Made by a program: the position numbers and the translations under genes. This document shows positions 39,612 through 48,104 of a DNA stretch of 64,000 nt, in pieces (the first letter of the stretch is position 1; every line of letters starts with the position of its first letter). Origin of the DNA: Phycisphaerae bacterium. Lineage in GTDB: Bacteria; Planctomycetota; Phycisphaerae; UBA1845; Fen-1342. The stretch is from positions 1 through 64,000 of the forward strand of contig JASFQK010000028.1 in NCBI GenBank assembly GCA_050115495.1, read 5' to 3'. The notes beneath the pieces are model-generated. The model saw only the letters and a program-made list of their open reading frames with translations. It ran no database searches and had not been told where the DNA came from.

Positions 39612-40663
39612 CGCTCGCCCGACCGCACGCCCACCACTTTCGGCGCCGCGTGCCGCACCCGCCCCCGATCCAGCAGAAACGTCGGCAGGCTCATCAGCAC
39701 GCCCCACGGATGGTACAACGCCTCGATCTCCCCCCGGCAGTTGTACCAGCACGCCCGGCACGTCTCCCGCGCCTTGTCCCGCCGCAGACGTCGCACGATC
39801 TCCTGCGCCGAATGCTCGAACAGGTTCGCCACCGGCTGACCACGTTCCTCGACGCACGCCGCAATGCCGCCGGTCGAGTCGATATTGAAGAACCCGCGTC
39901 CCGCCTGGCAGCCCGGCACGCCGCCGTCCAGCGCCTTGTCAAACTGTGACAAGAAGTGCGGGTTGCTGAGAAAGTTCGGGTACTTCCGCCGCAACGCCAG
40001 CAGGTGGCTCGCCACCGTCCCGCCGTACGCCTGCGTGAACCGCCGTGAGCCCGTCTTCCGCACGCCGTACGGCTGCACCATGAAGTACGCCCCGCGGTCG
40101 GCGGCCATCTGGATCATGGGCTCGATCTGATCGAGGTTGTCCTCCATCAGCACGGCCATCCAATTCACGCGTTGCCACGATTCCCGCCGTACACCGGCGA
40201 AGTGCTCGATCGCCCGCAGCGCCCGGGCATGCGCCCCCGGCATCCCACGCCGCTGGTCGTGCCGCTCCGCGTCCGCATAATCGATGCTGATCGACACCCC
40301 CCACAGACCGGCGGCGTACAGGTCTTCCGCCAGCCCCTGGTTCACGAACCACCCGTTCGTCGTCACGAACGGCAGGTGCCACTCCGCCACCGCCTCGACG
40401 ATCTCCACGATGTCCGGGCGAATCAGCGGCTCGCCCCCCGCCAGGCTCACCAGAATCGCGCCGAGCTCGCTCAGTTTCCGCGAACCGGCGCGAAAATCCG
40501 CCACGCTCAGTTCCGGCTCGTCCCCCATCGGGTCGCACCAGTAGTGACAGAATGAGCACCGGAAGTTGCACCGATAATTCACCTGCCACGCGCACCACAC
40601 CGGATGCCCGCTGATCCACGCCCGCGCCAGTTGAGCCTTCTTCCGAAACGTCGACCGCGCCAC
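39608..40663 (-). CDS. Radical SAM protein with SPASM/twitch-like C-terminus
   Basis: CNFRCSFC, GGEPLIR, TTNGW, CQAGRGFFNIDSTG..AAC, CRACWYNC. Confidence 0.9.
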   Translation of the reverse strand: MARSTFRKKAQLARAWISGHPVWCAWQVNYRCNFRCSFCHYWCDPMGDEPELSVADFRAGSRKLSELGAILVSLAGGEPLIRPDIVEIVEAVAEWHLPFVTTNGWFVNQGLAEDLYAAGLWGVSISIDYADAERHDQRRGMPGAHARALRAIEHFAGVRRESWQRVNWMAVLMEDNLDQIEPMIQMAADRGAYFMVQPYGVRKTGSRRFTQAYGGTVASHLLALRRKYPNFLSNPHFLSQFDKALDGGVPGCQAGRGFFNIDSTGGIAACVEERGQPVANLFEHSAQEIVRRLRRDKARETCRACWYNCRGEIEALYHPWGVLMSLPTFLLDRGRVRHAAPKVVGVRSGER

Positions 40664-40934
40664 TACCCCAACTCCTGTCGGCCGTCGCCCTCGCTCTCGG
40701 CGGCGGCAATCTCGCGAATCGTACACGTCTGATATCGTTTAAGACAGCCAGTGCGGCCCGAGGCGACTCGTAATGTCGCCAAAACCGCTCCCAAGCACAA
40801 TGCCCCCGCCGGCCGTCTCCCGCGATCGCGGATTTTCTAAAGCCCCACCCCGCCCACACCGATGGAATCAGTGCTGACTACCCTCCTTACTCTCCTACAC
40901 GGGGAAGCGTGAACAACGCTTCCCCGTGTAGTTT

Positions 40935-41882
40935 TTACACAACGCCGCGACCCGCTTGCCGCACGTCGCGCCACGCCGGCGCCGGCAGCTTCTCCACTCG
41001 CTGCCGAAACGCCTCGAATTCCTCGTCGCTGCCCGGCACGTTCACGCCGTCCAGCAGCCACCAGTGTTCGACGTGCTCGATGCTCGCCCCCGGCTCCAAT
41101 CGAACGAGCGGACCCAGACTTTCAAGCTCCAGCATGTCTGCGTTTGTGAACGCCTCGATCACGCTGCCGCGATCCGGGTACGTCTTCCCCTCCTCCACCG
41201 TGACCCGCTTCACAAACGCCCGCCCGCGATTCACATACGCCGCCCACCCCGGCGGACCGGCCAACCCGATCTTCTGCGGCCTGCTCGCCGACGCCTCCTG
41301 CCACAGCAGCGCGTGCCGCCGACCCCAGCTCCACCGGGCATCCGCCGGCTCCGTGTACGCCCAGATCACCAGCGCATTCGTCGGCAGCAGCTCCGCCGGA
41401 TGACATCCCGCCGGCGGCAACGGCAGTATCGCCACGCCACCCGGAGCCATCACCGACAGCGCCCACGGGGCCAACTCCGGCGTGTCCTGCCCCGCGTTGG
41501 TCAGCCGATGCGTCACCGTCGCAGCCGGCTGATCGGGCGCCAGCCGTACCTCGACCTCCTTGCGGATACCGGTCAGACTCTCGACCGGCTGTACAGCGCG
41601 CAACCCACCCGGGCAGGCGCTGATCTCGACCGGCGCGTTGTCCGCGACGTACGTGCGGACCGGATGCTCCGGAGCGTGCCACAGGCGATGGCCGCCGTAC
41701 GCTCGCCAGATTCCGTCGCCGGTGTGCCCGGCCTGATTGTCGAAGACCTTGAATTCGTTATCGCCGCCGACGCGTCCGAACCGGATGATCCGCGGGCCGA
41801 CGTCGCCGGTGACGACCGCCTCGACCAAACCGTTCGACAATCGGCAGCAATTCTCCCAACCATGACAGGATACGCGTTCCAT
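40935..41882 (-). CDS. Galactose-mutarotase-like / DUF4380-like protein
   Basis: VGPRIIRF, YGGHRLWHAPE, MLELESLGPL; adjacent to xylB. Confidence 0.65.
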   Translation of the reverse strand: MERVSCHGWENCCRLSNGLVEAVVTGDVGPRIIRFGRVGGDNEFKVFDNQAGHTGDGIWRAYGGHRLWHAPEHPVRTYVADNAPVEISACPGGLRAVQPVESLTGIRKEVEVRLAPDQPAATVTHRLTNAGQDTPELAPWALSVMAPGGVAILPLPPAGCHPAELLPTNALVIWAYTEPADARWSWGRRHALLWQEASASRPQKIGLAGPPGWAAYVNRGRAFVKRVTVEEGKTYPDRGSVIEAFTNADMLELESLGPLVRLEPGASIEHVEHWWLLDGVNVPGSDEEFEAFRQRVEKLPAPAWRDVRQAGRGVV

Positions 41883-41919
41883 GTCCGCCCTCGCCTCGCA
41901 GGACAATGGGATGTCGGAT

Positions 41920-43473
41920 CTATGCTTGCGGCGACAGCGTTGTCGCCGTGTGGGTGATCGCTGCAAACTGCATGGCCAGCGCCGGATACAGCGCCCGATA
42001 GTGCGGGTAGTAGCTCGCGTACACGCCGACCGCCGGCCCGGGGGCGCAGCGCTGCGTCACGCGCACGGCTCGCTCACAGGCCTGGCCAACGCTGGTATAC
42101 ACGCCGAGGCCGACGCCCGCCAGCAGCGCCGCCCCGTACGCCGCCCCCTGCGTCACGTTCACCGTGACGATCTCGGCGTCGAACACGTCGGCGAGCATCT
42201 GCCGCCAGAGCGGGCTGCGCGCGCCACCGCCCGAGGCCCGCACCTGCCGGATCGACAGCCCCAGTCCGCGCATCAGTTCGAGCGAATCGCGCAGGCCGTA
42301 CGTGATGCCCTCCATCACCGCCCGCGTCATGTGGGCCCGCGTGTGCCGCAACGTCAGACCGCAGAAAACGCCGCGGGCGTTCGGATCCGGATGGGGCGTC
42401 CGCTCGCCGCTGAGATACGGCAGGAACAGCAGCCCCTCGCAACCCGCCGGCGCTTCCGCCGCCGACTCCGTCAGCAGCTCGTACGGATCGCGGCCGGCCT
42501 GCTCCGCGGCGGCACATTCACTCCGGCCGACCTGATCGCGATACCACCGGAAGCTCCCGCCGGCAGCCAGCATCACGCCCATCAGGTGCCACATCCCCGG
42601 CACCGCATGGCAGAACGCGTGCAGCCGGCCCTCCGGCTCCGGCCGATACGCCCCGCAGCCGGCGAACACCACCCCCGACGTCCCCAGCGTCACCGAAACG
42701 ACGCCTTCCGCCGCGATACCCGTCCCCACGGCCTGGGCCGCCTGGTCGCCGCCGCCGCCCACCACCGGCGTACCGGCCACGAGCCCCGTCTCCGCCGCCG
42801 CCTGGGCGCTGATTTTCGCACTGGCCACCGGCGATTCGGTCACCTCCGGCAACCACGCTCGCGGAATGTCCAGCGCCGCCAACATCTCGTCTGACCAGCA
42901 GCGCCGCCCCACGTCAAACAGCGACGTGCCCGACGCATCGGACACTTCGCCGAAATGCTCGCCGGTCAGGCGGTAGCGCAGGTAGTCCTTCGGCAGCAGC
43001 ACGTGTGCCGCCCGGTCGTAGACACCCCGCTCGTTCTCCCGCACCCAGACGATCTTCGGCGCCGTGAATCCCGGCAGCACCGGGTTACCCGTTAGCTCGA
43101 TCAGCCGGCGGGCCCCCACCCGCTCGGTAATCGCTGCACACTGCGCCGCCGTGCGCTGATCGTTCCACATGATGCACGGCCGCAGCACGCGCCCCTGCCC
43201 GTCCAGCAGCACCAGCCCGTGCATCTGCCCGGTCAGCCCGACGCCGACCACCTGTCGCCCCTCGACGCCGGCCTGTTCGAGCACTGCCCGAATGCTCGTC
43301 ACCGTCGCCGACCACCACGTCTCCGGGTCCTGCTCGGCCCACAGCGGCCGCGGCGTGGACAGCGGATACTCCGTCGTCGCTTCCCCACGAACCTCCCCGC
43401 CGGCGTCGATCAGCAGCGCCTTGCTGCCCGTCGTGCCAACGTCAATACCAAGCAGATACCCATCGTGGGACAT
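41920..43473 (-). CDS. xylB: Xylulokinase
   Basis: LGIDVGTTGSK, GLTGQMHG, WNDQR, GGGDQAA, LPYLSGERTP, GGGARS. Confidence 0.93.
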   Translation of the reverse strand: MSHDGYLLGIDVGTTGSKALLIDAGGEVRGEATTEYPLSTPRPLWAEQDPETWWSATVTSIRAVLEQAGVEGRQVVGVGLTGQMHGLVLLDGQGRVLRPCIMWNDQRTAAQCAAITERVGARRLIELTGNPVLPGFTAPKIVWVRENERGVYDRAAHVLLPKDYLRYRLTGEHFGEVSDASGTSLFDVGRRCWSDEMLAALDIPRAWLPEVTESPVASAKISAQAAAETGLVAGTPVVGGGGDQAAQAVGTGIAAEGVVSVTLGTSGVVFAGCGAYRPEPEGRLHAFCHAVPGMWHLMGVMLAAGGSFRWYRDQVGRSECAAAEQAGRDPYELLTESAAEAPAGCEGLLFLPYLSGERTPHPDPNARGVFCGLTLRHTRAHMTRAVMEGITYGLRDSLELMRGLGLSIRQVRASGGGARSPLWRQMLADVFDAEIVTVNVTQGAAYGAALLAGVGLGVYTSVGQACERAVRVTQRCAPGPAVGVYASYYPHYRALYPALAMQFAAITHTATTLSPQA

Positions 43474-43644
43474 AACCCTTCAGCCTCCCACCACCCGCGC
43501 ACCTTCACCACCGTTGGTGGCCTGCCATCAGCCGTCAGCCGTCAGCAACCGCACGGTGTGCCACTGCTCTTGAGCAGTGCTCTTCATCCGCGCGACCAAG
43601 GCAACGCGCGCCAGAAACCACCAGCCGACGCAGAAGATCAGCCC

Positions 43645-44691
43645 CTACGGCTCCTTCTTCTCCGCCTCCGGAACCTTCATCGCGTCCTTCACCTTCACAA
43701 ACGGCCACTGCTCATGCCGATACGCTTCAAAGTCCTTGATGTCCTCCCACTGTCCGAAGATCCGCGTGCCCGGCGTCGGATAGTTATCGAGCACCCAACG
43801 TTCCCCCCGCAGCAGCAGCGACGCGTTCGGCTCGGACACGCCGAGCTGCGTCAGCTCCTCCCCGGTCAACGACGTCCGTTGCAGCTTGCGCACCGCCTGG
43901 GCGTGCCCGTCGGCGTACGCCGCGTTCGACATCAGGGCATCGCCGTGCCAGCCCTTCAACTGTCTCGCTTCCTTCGCATCGACGGACGTCTGCCGCGCCA
44001 TCTCGAACAGCAGTGGCTCGGCGAAGACGACCAGCCTCGCCGGGTTCGCCAGCCACGACGCATGCTGCCCCCACGGACCCAGCGACAGCGCCTCGCCGTT
44101 CTCGCGATACAGCGCGTGCATGTTCGCCGGGTAGCTGCTGCCCAGAATGTTGTAGCATGGGCGCTTGGCGTTTGCCCGCGGCACACCGTCGATCAGCTTG
44201 CTCTTCGGATAGCCCGTATCCGCCGGGCAATGGAAGATTGCCAGGTCCGTTCCCTCCTCGAACCCCTTCTCAGGGCGGTACAGGTAGTTGTTGAGCGGCC
44301 GGGTATTGACGGCGTAGGCCGCCCCCGGCGTGCCCCGTCCCCACCCGGGCACGTTGTTGAGCTGCACCGCCTCGTTCGGCCCGATGCGCAACGTATGCGT
44401 CGCCGACCGCCCGCCGTAGCTGTACGCGTGCACTGTCTGCCAGTACGGCTTGGTGCTCGGCTCGATCATCTTCGGGTGAATCGGGATGATGAGCTCGTTC
44501 CGGTCGTCGGCGGCGTACGAGTGCACTGCCACGGCGATCGAGCGAAGGTTGCTGAGACACTTGGCCTCGGCGTCGTCACTCTTCGTCTGCTGCAGAATGG
44601 GCAGCAGCACGACCGCCAGCACGCCCACCGCCGACACCGACACGAGCAACTCCACCACGCTCGCCCCGACCCGTCCGTTTCGCTGCAACAT
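43645..44691 (-). CDS. Prepilin-like N-terminus / H-X9-DG-type (DUF1559-like) protein
   Basis: GASVVELLVSVSAVGVL...CLSNLRSI; FHCPAD; WHG...NAAYADGH. Confidence 0.8.
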   Translation of the reverse strand: MLQRNGRVGASVVELLVSVSAVGVLAVVLLPILQQTKSDDAEAKCLSNLRSIAVAVHSYAADDRNELIIPIHPKMIEPSTKPYWQTVHAYSYGGRSATHTLRIGPNEAVQLNNVPGWGRGTPGAAYAVNTRPLNNYLYRPEKGFEEGTDLAIFHCPADTGYPKSKLIDGVPRANAKRPCYNILGSSYPANMHALYRENGEALSLGPWGQHASWLANPARLVVFAEPLLFEMARQTSVDAKEARQLKGWHGDALMSNAAYADGHAQAVRKLQRTSLTGEELTQLGVSEPNASLLLRGERWVLDNYPTPGTRIFGQWEDIKDFEAYRHEQWPFVKVKDAMKVPEAEKKEP

Positions 44692-44717
44692 CGCTTCGTC
44701 TCCTGTCTCGCTCCGTA

Positions 44718-45452
44718 TCAGACCTTCAGCAACACCGCCACGTACCCCGGGCCGCCGGACTCGTACACCCGCCCGAGCCGCCAACCGGTCCCATCGATCA
44801 GTGTCGTGAGCTCGCTCTGCGAAAGAAAGAGGTAGTTGAACCAGGGCGTGGCATATGTCCGATAACGCACACGAATCCGGATCTGCCCAGACATTCTGCC
44901 GGCCCGCCGATTCCGCCGCTGATACGCGAGGTGCACCGGCTCGCTTGTCTGGTACGGATCGATCGTCTCCCCGACGATCCGCCCGCCCTCGCGGGTCAGG
45001 CCGTGCAGGCGTTTCAGCAGCCGCCGCCCGCCCGTCGGCGAGCCCAGCAGCGCCAGGTTGTTCCCGTACATCACAATACTGTCGAACGCGCCCAACCGCC
45101 GATCAACCTGCGTGATGGATAGTTCGCGGACCTGCTTCACGCCCCGCTCCCGGCAGACCCGCACCGCCAGTGGCGACGTGTCCACGCCAACGACGTCGTG
45201 CCCCTTCTGCTGGAGGTGCAGCGCCACGCGGCCCGCCCCGCAGCCCACGTCCAGCACACGGCCCCGCACCTGCGACAGGCCGCGCCGCTGAAACGCCGGC
45301 CACCGCTTCGGCTCAGCCCAGTACATCTCGGCCAGGCCGTCCGCGTCGACGTTACCGTCGTCACGCTCCACGACCGGGATGGCCTGCTGCCCGCGGAGGC
45401 GGTCCAGCAAGGCCTGCCCGAACGCATCCTGGCTTCGCCGCATTCTGCTCAT
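44718..45452 (-). CDS. Class I SAM-dependent methyltransferase
   Basis: DAFGQAL, VERDDG, VLDVGCGAGR, GNNLALLG. Confidence 0.88.
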   Translation of the reverse strand: MSRMRRSQDAFGQALLDRLRGQQAIPVVERDDGNVDADGLAEMYWAEPKRWPAFQRRGLSQVRGRVLDVGCGAGRVALHLQQKGHDVVGVDTSPLAVRVCRERGVKQVRELSITQVDRRLGAFDSIVMYGNNLALLGSPTGGRRLLKRLHGLTREGGRIVGETIDPYQTSEPVHLAYQRRNRRAGRMSGQIRIRVRYRTYATPWFNYLFLSQSELTTLIDGTGWRLGRVYESGGPGYVAVLLKV

Positions 45453-45544
45453 TGACGCGATCTCCGACGACTGGACTCGCATCGTCCTCGGTTCATCGGG
45501 GCAATGCAAGCGTCGCCGGCGGCGCCCCCGAAAGGGCCAAGGCC

Positions 45545-45573
45545 TTGATCAACGGCATGTGCACCGCTAACGT
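45545..45573 (+). promoter_or_regulatory. sigma70-like promoter
   Basis: TTGATC-N17-TAACGT. Confidence 0.4.
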
Positions 45574-45579
45574 ATACGT

Positions 45580-45880
45580 AGAGCGGGAGAGGTACGGAAC
45601 AGGGAGCCTCACGGCCTCTCCGGCCCGGAACGGTGGTGCGCTGGGTCCACTGTCCGCTCTCGACGGGGATCGGAGGGAAACTGGCAGCCACCGCTCACCC
45701 AGCAGCCGCCCGCGCCGCCGCTACCGCGGCCGCGGGCGGCTGTGCATTTGTAGGGGGCCGGCGTTCGCTCTCCACAACATTTTGGCGCCGCGCAAAAGAA
45801 GTCTGAATGTCCCCTCGATAGCCTACCCGCCATGACGAAGTGGCCTGGGGCCTCAGGCTCCCTGGCACCGCCCTCTCGTC
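45580..45880 (+). ncRNA. Candidate structured ncRNA A (about 300 nt)
   Basis: 5' and 3' ends pair (CAGGGAGCCT 45600-45609 with AGGCTCCCTG 45855-45864; GAGAGG with CCTCTC); 12-bp perfect internal stem; no convincing ORF. Confidence 0.35.
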
Positions 45881-46003
45881 ATGACCTCCTCCGCGGGCGG
45901 CCCGGCGCGCATGCGGGTCGCCCGTGCTCCTTTCCACGCCGAACCTGCCCTGCCGACATTTCGGACCAGAAACAGTAGTCGTCACGCGCGCAGGTTATCG
46001 ACC

Positions 46004-46033
46004 TTGAACCCCCGTGCGCGCTCTCGTTATACT
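46004..46033 (+). promoter_or_regulatory. sigma70-like promoter
   Basis: TTGAAC-N18-TATACT. Confidence 0.55.
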
Positions 46034-46039
46034 GCCATG

Positions 46040-46376
46040 GTCGAGTATTGACCTGTGCGACGCCGTTAGCTGCAAATGGCTTCCTCTGTTTCCTCTGTCG
46101 CACGGGACCACCTCGATCTATCCCTCTGGCGGCGCCCGCGGTCGTAATCCGATCGCGGGCGTCCGCTATTTGGGACTGCGCCCGCCGCTCCAAATCATTT
46201 TGTGTCCAAGATTAGGTAATTCTCCCGATAGGCGCCGGCCCTCCTGACTTGCTAGGCTGGTTCCACTGTTGAACCGGCTGCTCTCGGGTTGGGGGGCCCG
46301 TGTGGGGGACCAAGCGGGGGCGCGCGGGGGAACGAGCCGCCTGCGTGCCCCCGCCGGGGTCGCAGGCGGCATTTTT
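46040..46376 (+). ncRNA. Candidate structured ncRNA B (about 340 nt)
   Basis: Lies between a promoter and an intrinsic terminator; consecutive hairpins; no credible ORF. Confidence 0.5.
46336..46376 (+). terminator. Intrinsic terminator
   Basis: GCCGCCTGCG...CGCAGGCGGC 10-bp stem followed by ATTTTT. Confidence 0.7.
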
Positions 46377-46623
46377 CTTCCGCCCTTTCTGCCACGTTGC
46401 CGGCGACTCGAACTGGCCCGCGCTCTCGCGGCGCGTCGCCTGTAGCCGAGGTCCACGGTCGGGTAGCATCTCTGCCGCCGGCGTTGCTCAGCCAGGCAGG
46501 GCGGGTTCCACCCGCCGCGGCGTCCTGCGTCGGGGCGCACACGTCGAGTCGGCGGCGTCCTGGCCTGTGAACGCTCGGCGGGCAGAGCCTGTCCTAGAAT
46601 CTGTGAACGCTGCTGGTGAAGTC

Positions 46624-46711
46624 GTAGGGCGGGCTTCGCTCGCCGTTTGTGGCGGAGGCGGAAAGACGCGGGATCCGCGCGGCCACGTGCAGCCGGCGTG
46701 GCCCGCCCTAC
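46624..46711. repeat. Inverted pair of GTAG-type REP-like units
   Basis: GTAGGGCGGGC (46624-46634) and GCCCGCCCTAC (46701-46711). Confidence 0.55.
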
Positions 46712-46721
46712 CATCTGCTCT

Positions 46722-46994
46722 CTATGTCCTGGCCGCCCGACCTTCTCTCAGCAGGTCGGCGACGAAGTCGGAGACAATCTCCGCGCCGAGCGAAGCCAGA
46801 CGCTCCTCCACGTCATCGGCGAAGCATTCGAGTATTCCCTTGTCGGCCAGCAAGTCCACGACGCGATGGTGCAGACGGCGCATCAAGTTGCGATCTCGCC
46901 GGACCTCGTCGGGCAGTACGACATTGATACGGCCCCGGTCGTCCTCCTCGGCGTGCTCGGCCATGACTTGAAGGAGCCTCGATTTTCTAGCCAC
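46722..46994 (-). CDS. Small D/E-rich hypothetical protein (90 aa) coupled to the HNH gene
   Basis: GTG at 46994 behind AAGGAGGAGG; overlaps the HNH stop. Confidence 0.65.
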   Translation of the reverse strand: MARKSRLLQVMAEHAEEDDRGRINVVLPDEVRRDRNLMRRLHHRVVDLLADKGILECFADDVEERLASLGAEIVSDFVADLLREGRAART

Positions 46995-47334
46995 GGGCCA
47001 CCTCCTCCTTTGGCCCACGGATGGCGTGGGGGAGAATACTGAAGTGGCCTTCGGCGACGCAGACCTCGATCGTTCGAAATATCGGCTTGTGGACCAGCAG
47101 GTGGCACGATTTACACAGGAAAACGAAGCGATCGGGGCGAATGGGCGGGACGTGATGGATGGTCAGGTTCTCCGTCGAGCCGCAGGCGATGCACGGCGTG
47201 ATCTCGACGCGGCCGGTCCTGACCAGCCGAACGGACTTCCGCCGCAAGCGGTTGCGTTTCCGCTGACGGTGTTTGGCGCCCTTCCCCCGGCGTTTTAATT
47301 GGATGGGATCCCCGGTACTATTGACGGCAACCAT
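46987..47334 (-). CDS. Small Zn-binding HNH-like endonuclease with Arg/Lys-rich N-terminus
   Basis: CIACGSTENLTIHH...FLCKSCHLLVH; RBS AAGGAGG. Confidence 0.72.
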   Translation of the reverse strand: MVAVNSTGDPIQLKRRGKGAKHRQRKRNRLRRKSVRLVRTGRVEITPCIACGSTENLTIHHVPPIRPDRFVFLCKSCHLLVHKPIFRTIEVCVAEGHFSILPHAIRGPKEEVARG

Positions 47335-47544
47335 CTGCACCTCCTTGGGGTGTAGCTTGGCCAGAGCCGGGTCGGTGTTCCACCACCTTCTCGGCTCGCC
47401 TTGCGCATAGGCGGAGCCACCGTGTGACTAAGTAGCACAGGCCGCAGCGCCGCTAGGGCGCACTGGACAGGCTCACGATGACTCCGCACGCTCCGATTGT
47501 CTTAAGAAAGGCATAACGCAACCTGTTCTACTTAGTCGTAGGTA

Positions 47545-47573
47545 AGTATGCCCGATAAACGCGTACAAGTCAA
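47545..47573 (-). promoter_or_regulatory. sigma70-like promoter of the HNH operon
   Basis: TTGACT-N17-CATACT on the minus strand. Confidence 0.65.
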
Positions 47574-47661
47574 GAAAAACCACCCAAAAATGTTCCTAAC
47601 GAAATACAGCGCGGGCTATACCCGCCGGATTTCCTGGCGGACATAGCCCGCCCTGCATCGC

Positions 47662-47960
47662 TACCGCAACGCCCACATCGACATGTGCTGGGCGTGGATG
47701 CCTCGACGCAGTTCCTGAAGGGCTACCTGCTGGCCGCCACGTCGAACAGAGTCTTCATCTTCGGCGGCGATTACATCCCCGTGGAGTGCGTCCTCGGCCA
47801 CGCCCGCCAGAGCGTCGCCCGCGCCCTCGGCGCACTCGTCGACGAAGGCTACCTCACCCGCAGCGACGCCCCCGCCCCGGTCGCCCCCCTCCTCCACACC
47901 AACGCCCACCGCCTCTACCACCTCCCGGCCAAAACGGACAACCTCAAGCACGCCCCGTAG
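47662..47960 (+). pseudogene. C-terminal remnant of an amidohydrolase-family gene
   Basis: YRNAHIDMCWAW, then a frame change to FLKGYLLAATSNRVFIFGGDYIPVE...NAHRLY; no 5' part. Confidence 0.6.
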
Positions 47961-48104
47961 GCGTGAGCTGACGGGTCTTCCACCCGAATTGCCCAGCGGC
48001 CCCGGTCAGGAATCCTTGCTCTTCACGGAAACACTTCTGACGGACACGCCTGCTCTCGTTGCAGTGTCGCCGTCCTCACCTTTCTGGAGTGAAGTAGATT
48101 ACCA

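Noticed and set aside
33338..39839. Very long plus-strand ORFs (902 aa, 1068 aa) and similar antisense ORFs elsewhere (e.g. 2223-4406, 43219-44835)
   Set aside because: They are shadow frames opposite well-supported genes, Arg/Pro-rich and without motifs, as is typical of high-GC DNA.
45580..46376. RNase P, tmRNA or SRP RNA identity for the ncRNA candidates
   Set aside because: The signature motifs (GAGGAAAGTCC; tRNA-like ends with TTCGA and CCA; CAGG..GGAA..AGCAG) are absent.
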